Positions 38,463 to 47,872 of a stretch of DNA of 51,103 nt are shown piece by piece. Position 1 is the first letter of the stretch. The number at the start of each line of letters is the position of its first letter. Position numbers and translations under genes: made by a program. Under the pieces are notes generated by a model that worked only from the letters and a program-made list of their open reading frames with translations, ran no database searches and had not been told where the DNA came from. The stretch spans positions 1 through 51,103 of the forward strand of contig JAWSUI010000027.1 in the NCBI GenBank assembly GCA_033551855.1. The letters are read 5' to 3'. The DNA is from Deferrisomatales bacterium (GTDB lineage: Bacteria; Desulfobacterota; Deferrisomatia; Deferrisomatales; JACRMM01).

Positions 38463-40808
38463 TTAGCGGCTGTTGGGGTCGTCGTCCGCGCGCACGGCGA
38501 TCCTGTAGGAACGCAGAGACAGCGCCTCCTCTGCACGCACGGCGTCGATGCCCCGCGCGATCCACGGGACGCCGGTGGCGGCGGATACCGTATCCATCAG
38601 GGGCGCCAGCGAGACATCGGCGCTTAGCGCTGTGAAGGACCCGCTCCGAGCGACCTCGTGGAGGAGGGAGGCGAGTGCCTCGCACCCCTCAGCCCGGGGC
38701 CCGCCCCCCCTGGAAAGGATCGAGGAACAAGACTCGGCGAGATGGGCGGGTACTTCCCACGCGGTCCGCACGCCGTTGGATCGAAGGGATTCGATGCACG
38801 ACGACAGCTCGACGCCGTCCCAGGGCGTGCCCGGAGGCAAGAGGAAAAGCACTTCCGGGGGGGTGCGCTCTCCTCGCTCATCGAAGAACCGGCCGACGGC
38901 CTCACAGGCTGCGGGAGACACCGGAGCCCCGCCGGCGAGCACCAGGGGGCGGCCATACGCGTGCGCGATGTCGCTCAGCGGTCCGAGCGCGAACCCTGCG
39001 GGAACCTTCGGTGAGGGCTCTATCGTCGGGCTCCCGTCCCGCCTGACCGACACGTCCACCCACAGGCAGCTCGCCACCAGTGCTCCCCGCAAAGCCTTTC
39101 CCACGGTGTTGGACCCCTCCTGACAGGTCCGTGTGTCCGTGTTGCGAAGGAGGGCCTGGGTGGCGCGAAACAGGATCGTCGCGGCATCCGTCGCATCGCG
39201 GGGCCCCTGCCGGGAATCCGGCGCCGGAGCGCGACTTCCCACTCTCACGTGGGAATAGCCGTCCGCGGTCTGGCGCGTGAGGATCGGCGGCAGGAGGTCG
39301 GGATCGTCCAAGCCGACCCCCTGGTAGTGGGTACCTCCCGCAGCCTCCACGCCGAAGAGCGCCAGCAGGGTCGCAGGCAATTGAGCGAGAGTGGAAGTCC
39401 GCTTGCCGGCTGCGGCGTCGCGGAATCGGTGGAACAAGTCCGGATGTTGCCGGACCGCTTCGTCGTTGAAGTAAACGAAAAAAGGGATGTGTACCATTTC
39501 GTGAACGAAACGCGATGAGTCGTGACGCCTGCCAGTATAAACGGACTCACCGTGATCAGAGAAATATACAAACACAGACGGAGAGGGAGCCTTCTTGACG
39601 CGTTGCATGATCGACACGACGGAGTGATCTATGTACCGAACCGCCGAATCATATTGCTGAACCAAGCGAACCACGGCGTCCGGGTCCGCAACCCTCTCGC
39701 CGCAGATCGCCTCGGAGGAAAGGCCGTCCAGGAACGAGTCCACCGGTTCGCGGAACTCCGGGGCGACGTTCCTCAGGTAGGGCGAGTGACCCGCGTACGA
39801 GTGCAAGAACACGATCTCGGCCCCTTCCCGGTGGAAGAGCCGCCGCCGGTCGAGGGCCGTTCCGAGGAACTCCTTGTCGAAGGGCCGGTCGGCCCTGTGT
39901 TCCAACTCGCCAAGCCAGAGGGAATGAAACGAGAATTCCTTTTCACCGACGTTTCGAAAGACGACGGTGCTCGCCAGATTGTTCCAGGTGCCGGCCTGCC
40001 CCTGGTTGCTGATGAGGGCCGAACGGATGCCGGCCTGGTTCACTGCGTCCACCAGAGCCGTCCTCTTGCGCTCCTGGATCGGGAAAACGTCCTCGTCCGG
40101 AGAGACACCGATGCTGAGCGCTTCCAGGAGGCTCGGGGCCGTGTGGGCATGGGTGGAGAAGACGTTGTAAAAGAGCAGGAATCCCTCGTTTTCGCCGGCG
40201 AAGGCTTCGAGCTCGGGGGTGGTTCGGCGCGGGTAGCCATAGATACCCATGTGGAGCGCCGACGTGGATTCGCCGATGTACACGACGACCTTGAGGTCAC
40301 GCGCGGGCTCGCCGGCCGCGACGGTCACCCCGGGGTGGCCGTGGAAGTTGTGAAAGGTGCGCCGGTACAGCCGGCTGTTGGATTGAAAGGCCCCGAACGC
40401 GGGGTGGACCTGCGCCGACAGCGAGCCGACCGTCAGGAGCAACGCGACGATGCTCACCGCTGTCGCCGGCGTACCGACCCTTTTGCCCGGCAATAGGGCG
40501 AGACCGGCGGCCGTGAAGCCGACGGCACACCCGAGGGCGACGGTTCGTGTCGTCTGCACCAACCCCTCGCGTCGCACCACCTGATCGAGCGATGCGAGGA
40601 ACTGCAAGGCCTCGTCCAGATCGAAATTCTGCGCCTCGCTCCAGGAGTCGCTGCCAAGATGCTCGATCCAGACCAGAAGGGACGGGGAGTACAGGAGCCA
40701 CGCGGCGCCGGCGAGGAAGGTTGCGCCAAAGGCCCCGTATCTCCTGAAGAGGAGGAAGATGCCCAAAAGCATCAACCAGCCCGCCGAAAAGACGATACTC
40801 GATGTCAT
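38463..40808 (-). CDS. Phosphoethanolamine transferase/sulfatase-like membrane protein with a C-terminal extension
   Basis: N-terminal TM helices; EptA-type motifs 'VYIGEST...MGIYGYPRRTTP', 'HTAPSL', 'ISNQ', 'FLHSYAGHSPY', 'YDSAVRYID', 'YFSDHGE', 'HIPF'. Confidence 0.82.
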   Translation of the reverse strand: MTSSIVFSAGWLMLLGIFLLFRRYGAFGATFLAGAAWLLYSPSLLVWIEHLGSDSWSEAQNFDLDEALQFLASLDQVVRREGLVQTTRTVALGCAVGFTAAGLALLPGKRVGTPATAVSIVALLLTVGSLSAQVHPAFGAFQSNSRLYRRTFHNFHGHPGVTVAAGEPARDLKVVVYIGESTSALHMGIYGYPRRTTPELEAFAGENEGFLLFYNVFSTHAHTAPSLLEALSIGVSPDEDVFPIQERKRTALVDAVNQAGIRSALISNQGQAGTWNNLASTVVFRNVGEKEFSFHSLWLGELEHRADRPFDKEFLGTALDRRRLFHREGAEIVFLHSYAGHSPYLRNVAPEFREPVDSFLDGLSSEAICGERVADPDAVVRLVQQYDSAVRYIDHSVVSIMQRVKKAPSPSVFVYFSDHGESVYTGRRHDSSRFVHEMVHIPFFVYFNDEAVRQHPDLFHRFRDAAAGKRTSTLAQLPATLLALFGVEAAGGTHYQGVGLDDPDLLPPILTRQTADGYSHVRVGSRAPAPDSRQGPRDATDAATILFRATQALLRNTDTRTCQEGSNTVGKALRGALVASCLWVDVSVRRDGSPTIEPSPKVPAGFALGPLSDIAHAYGRPLVLAGGAPVSPAACEAVGRFFDERGERTPPEVLFLLPPGTPWDGVELSSCIESLRSNGVRTAWEVPAHLAESCSSILSRGGGPRAEGCEALASLLHEVARSGSFTALSADVSLAPLMDTVSAATGVPWIARGIDAVRAEEALSLRSYRIAVRADDDPNSR

Positions 40809-40863
40809 GGCCTGCAACGCCTGGGGCGTCTCCGCCTTCCGCGTCCTCCTGTGGCCGAGGTCG

Positions 40864-41892
40864 TCACGGCTGCCCGCCGGAGGAGCGCCCAAGCGGTACT
40901 CCCAGGGAGCGGCGCTTGTACCGCAGGTAGGCGCCCGGCAGCAGGGCGAGGCAAGTGTGCAAGAGGCGTTCCTCGGGGTATGCGCCGGCCCGCAGCAGCC
41001 ACAAGAGGGCCGCGAGACGAACCGAGAGACGCGGGCTCGTGAGTGCCTCGGTCGACTGGGCTTCGGCCGCCGAGGCGTGCACGATGCCCTCCAGGCCCTC
41101 CCATTCCTTTTCTCGCCCGGGCAGCAGGCGCCGGGTCGTGGCAAGGTCCTCCAGGCGGCTCGCGACGTTCCTCCGGGCGCGCGCGATCCCCAGCCGCATA
41201 CGCTCCCGGTAGGCGTCCAGGGAGGCGAACTGTTCCAGGTCGGCGGTGAGGCTGGCCGCGTGGCGCCGCGCCCGGACCAGGGGCTCCGGAAGGTAGGCCA
41301 CGCCGCCCAGGAGGCTGGCCCGGAACGGCAGGACGATGTCCTCGTGGATGTCCGGGTCGAGGGGAGGGAAGCGCTCGACCACCTCCCGGCGGACCGCCAG
41401 GGTCGTGCCGGCGGCGTAGGCGTCGACCCGCGCGAACCACTGGCGGGCGCTCCGGCCCGCCGGGGGGTGGGGGACCCTGGCCGTCCCCCGGGGGCGCCCC
41501 TGCGGGTCGATCACCGAGTAGGAGGAGTAGACCCCGTGGAGGGACGGATCGGCCTGGAAGCGGTCGATGATCTTCCGGACCCGTCCGGACTCGGAGACGT
41601 CGTCTCCGTCGAAGGAGACGAGGATGTCTCCCCGGGCTCTCGGGAAGACGTCGTTCAGGTGGGCGCTCTTGCTGCCGGAGTTGGTGCCCCTCCGGAGGAG
41701 GCGCGTGCGATGGGGGCCGTCGTACCCGGAGAGCACGTCCCGGACGATGGGAAAGGTGGCGTCGGTGGAGGCGTCGTCGGAGACGAGGATTTCGATGGGC
41801 TCGTCACAGCACTGCGCCAGGGCGCTCCGCAGGGCGTCTGCGACGAAGTCCTCGCAGTTGTAGCACAGCAGGATGCCTGTGACGGTGGGCAA
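40864..41892 (-). CDS. Glycosyltransferase family 2
   Basis: TTG start after AGGAAGG; 'LLCYNCEDFVADALRSALAQ', 'VSDDASTDAT', 'FDGDDVS', 'HEDIVL'. Confidence 0.88.
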   Translation of the reverse strand: MPTVTGILLCYNCEDFVADALRSALAQCCDEPIEILVSDDASTDATFPIVRDVLSGYDGPHRTRLLRRGTNSGSKSAHLNDVFPRARGDILVSFDGDDVSESGRVRKIIDRFQADPSLHGVYSSYSVIDPQGRPRGTARVPHPPAGRSARQWFARVDAYAAGTTLAVRREVVERFPPLDPDIHEDIVLPFRASLLGGVAYLPEPLVRARRHAASLTADLEQFASLDAYRERMRLGIARARRNVASRLEDLATTRRLLPGREKEWEGLEGIVHASAAEAQSTEALTSPRLSVRLAALLWLLRAGAYPEERLLHTCLALLPGAYLRYKRRSLGVPLGRSSGGQP

Positions 41893-42173
41893 GGGCCCTT
41901 CCTGTCGCTTTGGGGGCTGCCGCGGGACGGTTCGCGGGGCATCGGCCCCGGCCGACCCGACTCCCGTCTGCCGGCAGGGCGGAGTATGATGCGCCGGCAC
42001 GCCGGAGCGCGGCCGAGGGGCCCGAACACGGCCGTATCCGCCGCCTGCCGAGGATAGCAGACGAGCGGGACCCGAGAAAGCCCCGGGGAAACGCCGGGTC
42101 CCTCGTCTCGGGTGAGAGGGGGGCCGGAGAGTTTGGTGGCGGAACCGGGAACGGCCCGGGGACAGGAGAGGCG

Positions 42174-44012
42174 ATGCGGCCTGACGCGGATGGGGCGCTC
42201 CACTGCGGGGCAGCGAGGGGCGGGGGCGGGGGCAGGGCCACGCTCTCTCCCCTCGGCCTCCGACTCGTGCTCGGCTCGGCGGCGTTCCTCTGTGCCGCCC
42301 TGCAGGTGCGCTCGGGTGTGGCCCAACGCACCATGCCCGACGAAGGGATGGTCTTCCTGGAGCTCGGGGAGGCCCTGACCTCCGGAGACGTGCCGGGAGC
42401 CGTCTCGACGTACTGGAGCCCCCTGTACCCCTGGGTGGCCGGCGTCGCCCGCTGGCTGGCGGGAGGGAGCCTCTACTGGGAATCGGCCGCGGTGCAGGCG
42501 GCGAACCTGGCGATCTTTTGCCTGGCCCTCGTCTGCTTCGACCGGCTCTGGGGAGAGCTCCTCCGCCATTGCCCCTCGCCAGGGGAGGGGGAAGGGGGCG
42601 ACGATGCGCCCCTCTTGTCCTCCGGCGCCTGGTGGGCCCTCGGGTACGGGCTCTTCTCCTGGTCCGCCTTGGAGCTGATCAAGGTCTGGAAGGTCTCCCC
42701 GTCCCTCTTGACGGCCGCAGGCCTGTACTGGGCCGCGGCCCTGGCCCTCCGGCTTCGGAGGTCGCCCGGGTCGCACGCCGGCGCCGCCCTGCTCGGGGTA
42801 GCCCTCGCCTTCCTGTATCTCTCGGACTACCTGCTCGGTTTTCTCGCACCGGTCTTCCTTGTCGGCGCTCTTCGACGCGGCGCACCCGGCCGGGGGCGCG
42901 TCCGCCGGGTGATGGCGGCGACGTTGGTTTTCTGCGCGCTGGCCGGGGCGGCCATCACAGCCGCCCACGCCCGCACGGGGAAGTGGGCCCCCTGGGAGCA
43001 CCTCCGGGTCGGGTACGCCCGGTCCGTGCTGGGCATCGCCCCCTTCCCCGTGGAGGGGGGCGGCCAGGGGCTCGCGACGGTCCTTTCGTCGCCGGGGGTG
43101 CCCCGCGGGGCGCCGCGGGTCTACACCTTCCCGGCGGCGGTCTCCGGGACGTACCCCCCCCTGTCCGACCCCTCCCGCTGGATCGAGGGCCGCGAGCTCC
43201 GGTTTAGCCCGTCCGCCCAGCTCCGGTTGCTGGCGGAAAACCTCGAGCTTCTCGTGGGCCGGCTCCTGCGGGACGTCGGGGCCGTGCTCGCCGGGGTCCT
43301 GATTCTCCTCTTCGTGGGGAGCACGCCGAGTCGGGCGCTGAGGAGCCTGATGGGGCTCTGGCCCGTGTGGGCGCCTGCGGTGGCCGGTCTGGCCCTGGTG
43401 TCGGTGGTGGCGCGGGTCGAGGGGGCCCGGGCAGCCCCCCACCTGGTGTTGGTTTTCGGCTCTCTCTTGGCGGCCGCCCAGCCCGGCCGCCGGCCGCCCG
43501 GGAGGACCGTCCCCGTCGCGGTGGCGGTGGTCCTGGGCTACCTCTATCTCCAGGTGGCCGCCTTCGCAGTCGGCGGGCACGTGCTGCGGGGGTTCGCCTA
43601 CGAGGGGATCCACGAGCCGGCCCTGGTCCCCAGCCGGATGCCGCACACCCGGTGGGAGGTGGCGGAGAGCCTGAGGAAGGAAGGGGTGCCTCTCGGGGGT
43701 CCGGTGGCGATCGTCGGAGGACAGGAGAGCCTCTACTGGGCGCGGCTCGCCGGGGTGCTGATCCGCGCCGAGATCCCCGCCTCGGAGGCAGCCGGCTTCT
43801 GGGCCCTGGGTGCCGAAGGGCGCCGGGAGATTTACTCCCTCCTACGGGAGGAGGGATTCGCGGCGGTGGTGGCAGTCTCGGTGCCGGAACCGGTGATCCC
43901 CGAGGGCTGGCGCCCCCTGGCCGGGACGGGGTATGCCGCGCTGCCGTTGCCGGCCGTGGCACCCCGGAACCGTCGGACCCGGGACGAAACGCCGCTGTCT
44001 CCGGCGCCGTGA
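42174..44012 (+). CDS. Polytopic membrane protein, possible GT-C fold glycosyltransferase
   Basis: AGGAGAGG RBS; about 10 hydrophobic segments; acidic loop after TM1 'MPDEGMVFLELG...YWSPLYPW'; 'GTYPPLSDPSRW'; soluble C-terminal domain. Confidence 0.6.
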   Translation: MRPDADGALHCGAARGGGGGRATLSPLGLRLVLGSAAFLCAALQVRSGVAQRTMPDEGMVFLELGEALTSGDVPGAVSTYWSPLYPWVAGVARWLAGGSLYWESAAVQAANLAIFCLALVCFDRLWGELLRHCPSPGEGEGGDDAPLLSSGAWWALGYGLFSWSALELIKVWKVSPSLLTAAGLYWAAALALRLRRSPGSHAGAALLGVALAFLYLSDYLLGFLAPVFLVGALRRGAPGRGRVRRVMAATLVFCALAGAAITAAHARTGKWAPWEHLRVGYARSVLGIAPFPVEGGGQGLATVLSSPGVPRGAPRVYTFPAAVSGTYPPLSDPSRWIEGRELRFSPSAQLRLLAENLELLVGRLLRDVGAVLAGVLILLFVGSTPSRALRSLMGLWPVWAPAVAGLALVSVVARVEGARAAPHLVLVFGSLLAAAQPGRRPPGRTVPVAVAVVLGYLYLQVAAFAVGGHVLRGFAYEGIHEPALVPSRMPHTRWEVAESLRKEGVPLGGPVAIVGGQESLYWARLAGVLIRAEIPASEAAGFWALGAEGRREIYSLLREEGFAAVVAVSVPEPVIPEGWRPLAGTGYAALPLPAVAPRNRRTRDETPLSPAP

Positions 44013-44114
44013 GGACGCCCGTCCCTGGAGACGAGGCCTGTTCCCCACTTCGGGGCGCCGGCCGTCAGGCAGGCCCTTCCGGAAACTCAGTGGGTCACTC
44101 AAGGGCAAGAACGA

Positions 44115-44185
44115 TCTCGCGCAGAGCCGCTGGGACGCGGAGGAGTTCTTTGTCTTTCCCTGCGCCTCTGCGCCACGGCGCGAGA
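44115..44185. repeat. Imperfect palindromic element (TCTCGCGCAGAG...CTCTGCGCCACGGCGCGAGA)
   Basis: Terminal inverted repeat TCTCGCGC/GCGCGAGA and inner GCGCAGAG/CTCTGCGC, located between convergent genes. Confidence 0.65.
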
Positions 44186-44226
44186 ACACAATGGTTCCTC
44201 GCACCACGGAAAACCCGGAAGCTCCC

Positions 44227-44811
44227 TCAGGCAGCCACTCGGGCCCGAAGCTCCGAGAAATCCTTCTCGAGCCTTGCCACGCGTTGGGCGAGGCCCTCCT
44301 CGAAGAAGCGATCGATGCGGCGGTTGAGCTCGTCGATCCGCCCCGTGAGCTCACCGCGGAGTCCCTCCACACGGCCGGTGAGATCGGCCCGCACGTCTTC
44401 GACCCGGCCGGTCAGCTCGGTGCGGACCTCGTCGATGCGCTGATTCGTGGCATCGATCCGGCCGACGAGCTCGGTGCGGAGCTCGTCGATGCGCTGACTC
44501 GTGGCATCGATCCGGCCGACGAGCTCGGTGCGGAGCTCGTCGATGCGCTGATTCGTGGCATCGATCCGCTGATTCGTGGCGTCGATCCGGCCGGTGAGAT
44601 CGGCCCGAACGTCTTCGATCCGGCCGAGGAGCTCGGCCCGGAGCTCGTCGATGCGTCGGCTCTGATCGACGAGGTGGAGGTTGATGTCGTCGAGACGCTT
44701 GTTGGTGAGTTGGAGCGCGGTCTTGATCTCCGCGTTGTCGCCGCGCAGGGCCCCGAGCTCCGGGAGCACCAACTCCTGCAGCACCCGCCTCACACTCTCG
44801 CCCAGCTCCAT
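44227..44811 (-). CDS. Coiled-coil repeat protein (11- and 7-residue modules)
   Basis: GGAGGT RBS, ATG 44811; 'MELGESVRRVLQELVLPEL' head; repeats of RIDELRTELVG and RIDATNQ. Confidence 0.8.
   Translation of the reverse strand: MELGESVRRVLQELVLPELGALRGDNAEIKTALQLTNKRLDDINLHLVDQSRRIDELRAELLGRIEDVRADLTGRIDATNQRIDATNQRIDELRTELVGRIDATSQRIDELRTELVGRIDATNQRIDEVRTELTGRVEDVRADLTGRVEGLRGELTGRIDELNRRIDRFFEEGLAQRVARLEKDFSELRARVAA
44341..44655. repeat. Intragenic tandem repeats: three 54-nt units (44407, 44461, 44515), one extra 21-nt unit and flanking 33-nt units
   Basis: gccgacgagctcggtgcggagctcgtcgatgcgctgattcgtggcatcgatccg recurs with few mismatches. Confidence 0.9.
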
Positions 44812-44986
44812 CGCGCCACCTCCCGTGCTGCCGGGGCGCACCGCCCACGGCTTGTCCCAAAAGATAACAGAGGGTTCGAGATTTCGAAAGGGGCGCCTTC
44901 GACCCGGCGACGTCGAAATCCCTTGGCCCCGCCCGCTTTCTCCGCGACAATCGCGGCTCTGCCGTCGATCGACCGAGGAGGGTGCG

Positions 44987-45898
44987 TTGAGGATCTTCGT
45001 CACCGGGGGCACGGGGTTTGTCGGGGCGCGGCTCGTGCCGTTCCTGGCGGAGCAGGGTCACGAGGTGTCGCTCCTGCTCCGTCCCGTCGAGAGCAAGGAA
45101 GGGCTCCCCGCGGGCGTGCGCGTGACGGAGGGCGACCCCACGAAGGAGGGCCCCTGGTGGGACGGGCTTCGCGACTGCGACGCGGCGGTGAACCTGGCGG
45201 GAGCCCCGATCTTCGGGCGGTGGAACGAGCAGAAGAAAGAGCTCATCCGGGAGAGCAGGGTGCGGACCACACGGAACCTGGTGACGGCGCTGCCGGCAGG
45301 GAAGCCGTTCTCCCTGCTGAGCACGTCGGCCGTCGGCATCTACGGGGATGCGGGGGACCGGGAGCTCGACGAATCCGCGCCCCTGGGGGACGACTTCCTG
45401 GCGCACGTCGCCCGGGATTGGGAAGCCGAGGCGGCACGGGCTCGGGGACGGGGGGCTCGCGTGGCGCTCACCCGATTCGGGATCGTGCTCGGGCCGGGGG
45501 GCGGGGCCCTGGCCACGCTGGAAAAGGTCACCCGGCGCTTTCTCGGCGGTCCGGTCGGCACGGGCCGGCAGTGGTTCTCGTGGATCCACCGGGAGGACCT
45601 GGTCCGGGCGCTCCTTTTCCTCTTGGAGCGACCAGACCAGGAGGGGGTGTTCAACCTGTGCGCGCCGAACCCAGTGCGTCAGCTCGACGTGGCCAGGGCC
45701 CTGGGCCGGGTGCTCCGCCGGCCGGCCCTGACCCCGGCGCCGGCCCTGGCGGTGCGGCTGGTGCTCGGGGAATTCGCCGACGCCGTGCTCTTCAGCCAGC
45801 GGATGGTCCCCCGGCGCCTCCAGGCAGCGGGGTTTGGCTTCCTGTTCCCGGAGTTGGAGCCGGCCCTCCGGGAAGTCCTCGTCCCGACGGCCCCCTGA
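44987..45898 (+). CDS. TIGR01777 family (YfcH-like) oxidoreductase
   Basis: TTG after GAGGAGG; 'IFVTGGTGFVG', 'VNLAGAPIFGRW...SRVRTT', 'SAVGIYG', 'GPVGTGRQWFSWIH', 'SQRMVP.RL...GFGF'. Confidence 0.92.
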   Translation: MRIFVTGGTGFVGARLVPFLAEQGHEVSLLLRPVESKEGLPAGVRVTEGDPTKEGPWWDGLRDCDAAVNLAGAPIFGRWNEQKKELIRESRVRTTRNLVTALPAGKPFSLLSTSAVGIYGDAGDRELDESAPLGDDFLAHVARDWEAEAARARGRGARVALTRFGIVLGPGGGALATLEKVTRRFLGGPVGTGRQWFSWIHREDLVRALLFLLERPDQEGVFNLCAPNPVRQLDVARALGRVLRRPALTPAPALAVRLVLGEFADAVLFSQRMVPRRLQAAGFGFLFPELEPALREVLVPTAP

Positions 45899-45908
45899 GG
45901 GAGATCCT

Positions 45909-46991
45909 GTGCCCGCCGAGACCCGCGAGGGCCGGGAGGCGGCCCTGGGGCGTCCCCATCCCCCGGCCAGACAGCTCCACCGGGTCTCTCCCTACCCGAC
46001 CCGACCCGAGCGGGGCCGTCGGGTTGCGAGGCTGCTCGGCTGGGCTCTTGGGGCGGCGGTTCTCGGGGCCGTTCCCGCGGCGGCGAGCGAAGCGTTCGCC
46101 CCCCTGCGGGCCCGCAACCTCAACCCTCCCCATCTCGTCTTCCTCCAACCCTCTGCCGAGAGACCGGACCCTCAGCCGGGGGGACGGGTGGAGTTGGCCT
46201 ACGCAACGGTCTTCGTCTCCGAACACCGTGAGGGGCGGTCCGCCCTGCTGGACATGGAAGTGGGCCGGGCGGCCCTGGTGGGCGCGGCGAGGGGGCCTTG
46301 GGGGAGCACGGTCTGCCTGGAGGTTCCCTACCTGTGGTACGGCGGAGGGGCCTTCGACCGGGTGGTCAACGGCTACCACGCGGCCTTCGGGTTCGCGGAC
46401 GGGGGGCGCTCGGACCGCCCCGACAACACCTGGGCCTACGAGGTCCGAAGGGGAAGTGCGGCCTACGGGCCGGAGCCCCCCGCCTCGGGGGGGGTGGGGG
46501 ACGCAGTGGTCTCCGGGGTCCATCCCCTGGTCGGGGCCCTCCCGGAGGGCGTGGGCTCAGCCCTGCGCTGGAGCCTGAAGCTTCCCACGGGGTCCCACCG
46601 GCACGGCTTCGGGAGCGGGTCGGCGGACGGGGGGCTGGGGCTCCTGGGGTCCTGGCGAGGGCGGGTCGTTGGGGTGACGGGCAACCTGGACCTCGTCTAC
46701 CTGGGGGGGACGGCGGACCCGGCCCTGCGGCTGGGTACCCCGTGGGTTCTCTCCTCTCTCGTCTCGGCCGGGGTTCGTCTGGGATGGCTGGGCACGGCAT
46801 CCGCCCAGTTGCGTTTTGCCACGTCGCCCTACGACACGGGCCTCCGACCCCTGGACCGCCCGGTGGTGCTTCTGGCCGCCGGGCTGCGCCGGCAGCTTTC
46901 CCCCCGTGTATGGGCGAGCCTCGGGTTCACGGAAGACCTGGCGGTGGAGTCGTCCCCCGACTTCTCGCTGCTCGCGAGCGTGGAGTGGTAA
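45909..46991 (+). CDS. DUF3187-like outer-membrane protein
   Basis: Signal-like segment, then 'PLRARNLNP..LVFL', 'LDME', 'GGAFDRVVNGYHAAFG', 'LKLPTG...GSGSAD', 'FTEDL...SPDF'; terminal Trp. Start is uncertain. Confidence 0.7.
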   Translation: MPAETREGREAALGRPHPPARQLHRVSPYPTRPERGRRVARLLGWALGAAVLGAVPAAASEAFAPLRARNLNPPHLVFLQPSAERPDPQPGGRVELAYATVFVSEHREGRSALLDMEVGRAALVGAARGPWGSTVCLEVPYLWYGGGAFDRVVNGYHAAFGFADGGRSDRPDNTWAYEVRRGSAAYGPEPPASGGVGDAVVSGVHPLVGALPEGVGSALRWSLKLPTGSHRHGFGSGSADGGLGLLGSWRGRVVGVTGNLDLVYLGGTADPALRLGTPWVLSSLVSAGVRLGWLGTASAQLRFATSPYDTGLRPLDRPVVLLAAGLRRQLSPRVWASLGFTEDLAVESSPDFSLLASVEW

Positions 46992-47029
46992 GCGAGCCGA
47001 CGTTCGGTCAGGCAGGGACGCCTCGCCCC

Positions 47030-47392
47030 TCACTTCGGCCACACCCACACGGTCTCACGGGCGAGGGTCGCGGCGAAGCGTCGCCCTTCCCGCGTCATCG
47101 CACTCCACTCCGCCTCGGTGTAGACGAGCAGCTCGGACGGAACGGGGAGGTCTTCGGTCCTCCAGGTCAGGGCCCGTCGTTCGAACGGCTCGGGTGCCGC
47201 AGCTACAAGGGCGACGAGGTCGAGGTCGCTCCCGACCCCCCAGTCGTTGCGCGCGTAGGAACCGAAGTAGCCGAAACGAAGGAGCTCGGGGTGCCGCACA
47301 GCCTCCTCGGCGAGCCATGCCTCCAAGGCTGCCTCCACCGTCTCACGATTGGGCCACCTGAGCACGGACGAACCCAATGATCTCACCGGCAT
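47030..47392 (-). CDS. Minimal nucleotidyltransferase (MNT) antitoxin-like protein
   Basis: 'YFGSYARNDWGVGSDLDLV' fits GS-x10-DxD; 120 aa. Confidence 0.88.
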   Translation of the reverse strand: MPVRSLGSSVLRWPNRETVEAALEAWLAEEAVRHPELLRFGYFGSYARNDWGVGSDLDLVALVAAAPEPFERRALTWRTEDLPVPSELLVYTEAEWSAMTREGRRFAATLARETVWVWPK

Positions 47393-47732
47393 AGCGAATT
47401 GCCTCCTGGCTTTGGATGGGGCCATAGTGTTCGAAGGGCGCGCCCGCCGAGTGACCGTTCGCGTACCGCGTCGGGATGTAGAAATTGTCCAGGACTTTGG
47501 CTTTCTGCACCAACTCGTCCGGAACCTCGCAGGGCAATTCCTTGAGCAGGCGGGCGACGACGTGCCCCCATTCCTCTTCGCCCAGGAAGAGGTGCAACGA
47601 CTTGACGGCCTTTTCTGCCGCCTGCCGTGCCGCAAAGCAGGCCCACTCGTGTCGGTCTTCCCGGCGGGATGACTGCGCCTGCGCGAGATCCCTTTCCGCT
47701 TGCAGGAGCCAATCCTCGGCGCGGTTTCCCAT
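47343..47732 (-). CDS. HEPN domain protein
   Basis: 'WLLQAERDL', 'WACFAARQAAEKAVK', 'WGH', 'LDNFYIPTRYANGH' containing Rx4H. Confidence 0.9.
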   Translation of the reverse strand: MGNRAEDWLLQAERDLAQAQSSRREDRHEWACFAARQAAEKAVKSLHLFLGEEEWGHVVARLLKELPCEVPDELVQKAKVLDNFYIPTRYANGHSAGAPFEHYGPIQSQEAIRYAGEIIGFVRAQVAQS

Positions 47733-47872
47733 CTCTCTCCTCTGTGGCCCCGTTTGGAACCGCCGACTCTCGGGCTGGAAACGAGCCTACCGTTCCGCCG
47801 GTCACCGGTCAACGCCGCTCCTTTCTTGGCGCGTCCCGGAAGGTTGGGAAGCGTCGATGTGGGATCGTAGGC

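Noticed and set aside
44341..44655. Possible CRISPR array
   Set aside because: The units are contiguous multiples of 3 nt with no unique spacers, lie inside an ORF, and no cas genes are present.
43933..46578. 881-aa plus-strand ORF with ELGAELVDALIRGIDPA repeats
   Set aside because: The repeats are the antisense reading of the coiled-coil gene, and the remainder is out of frame with the TIGR01777 and DUF3187-like genes.
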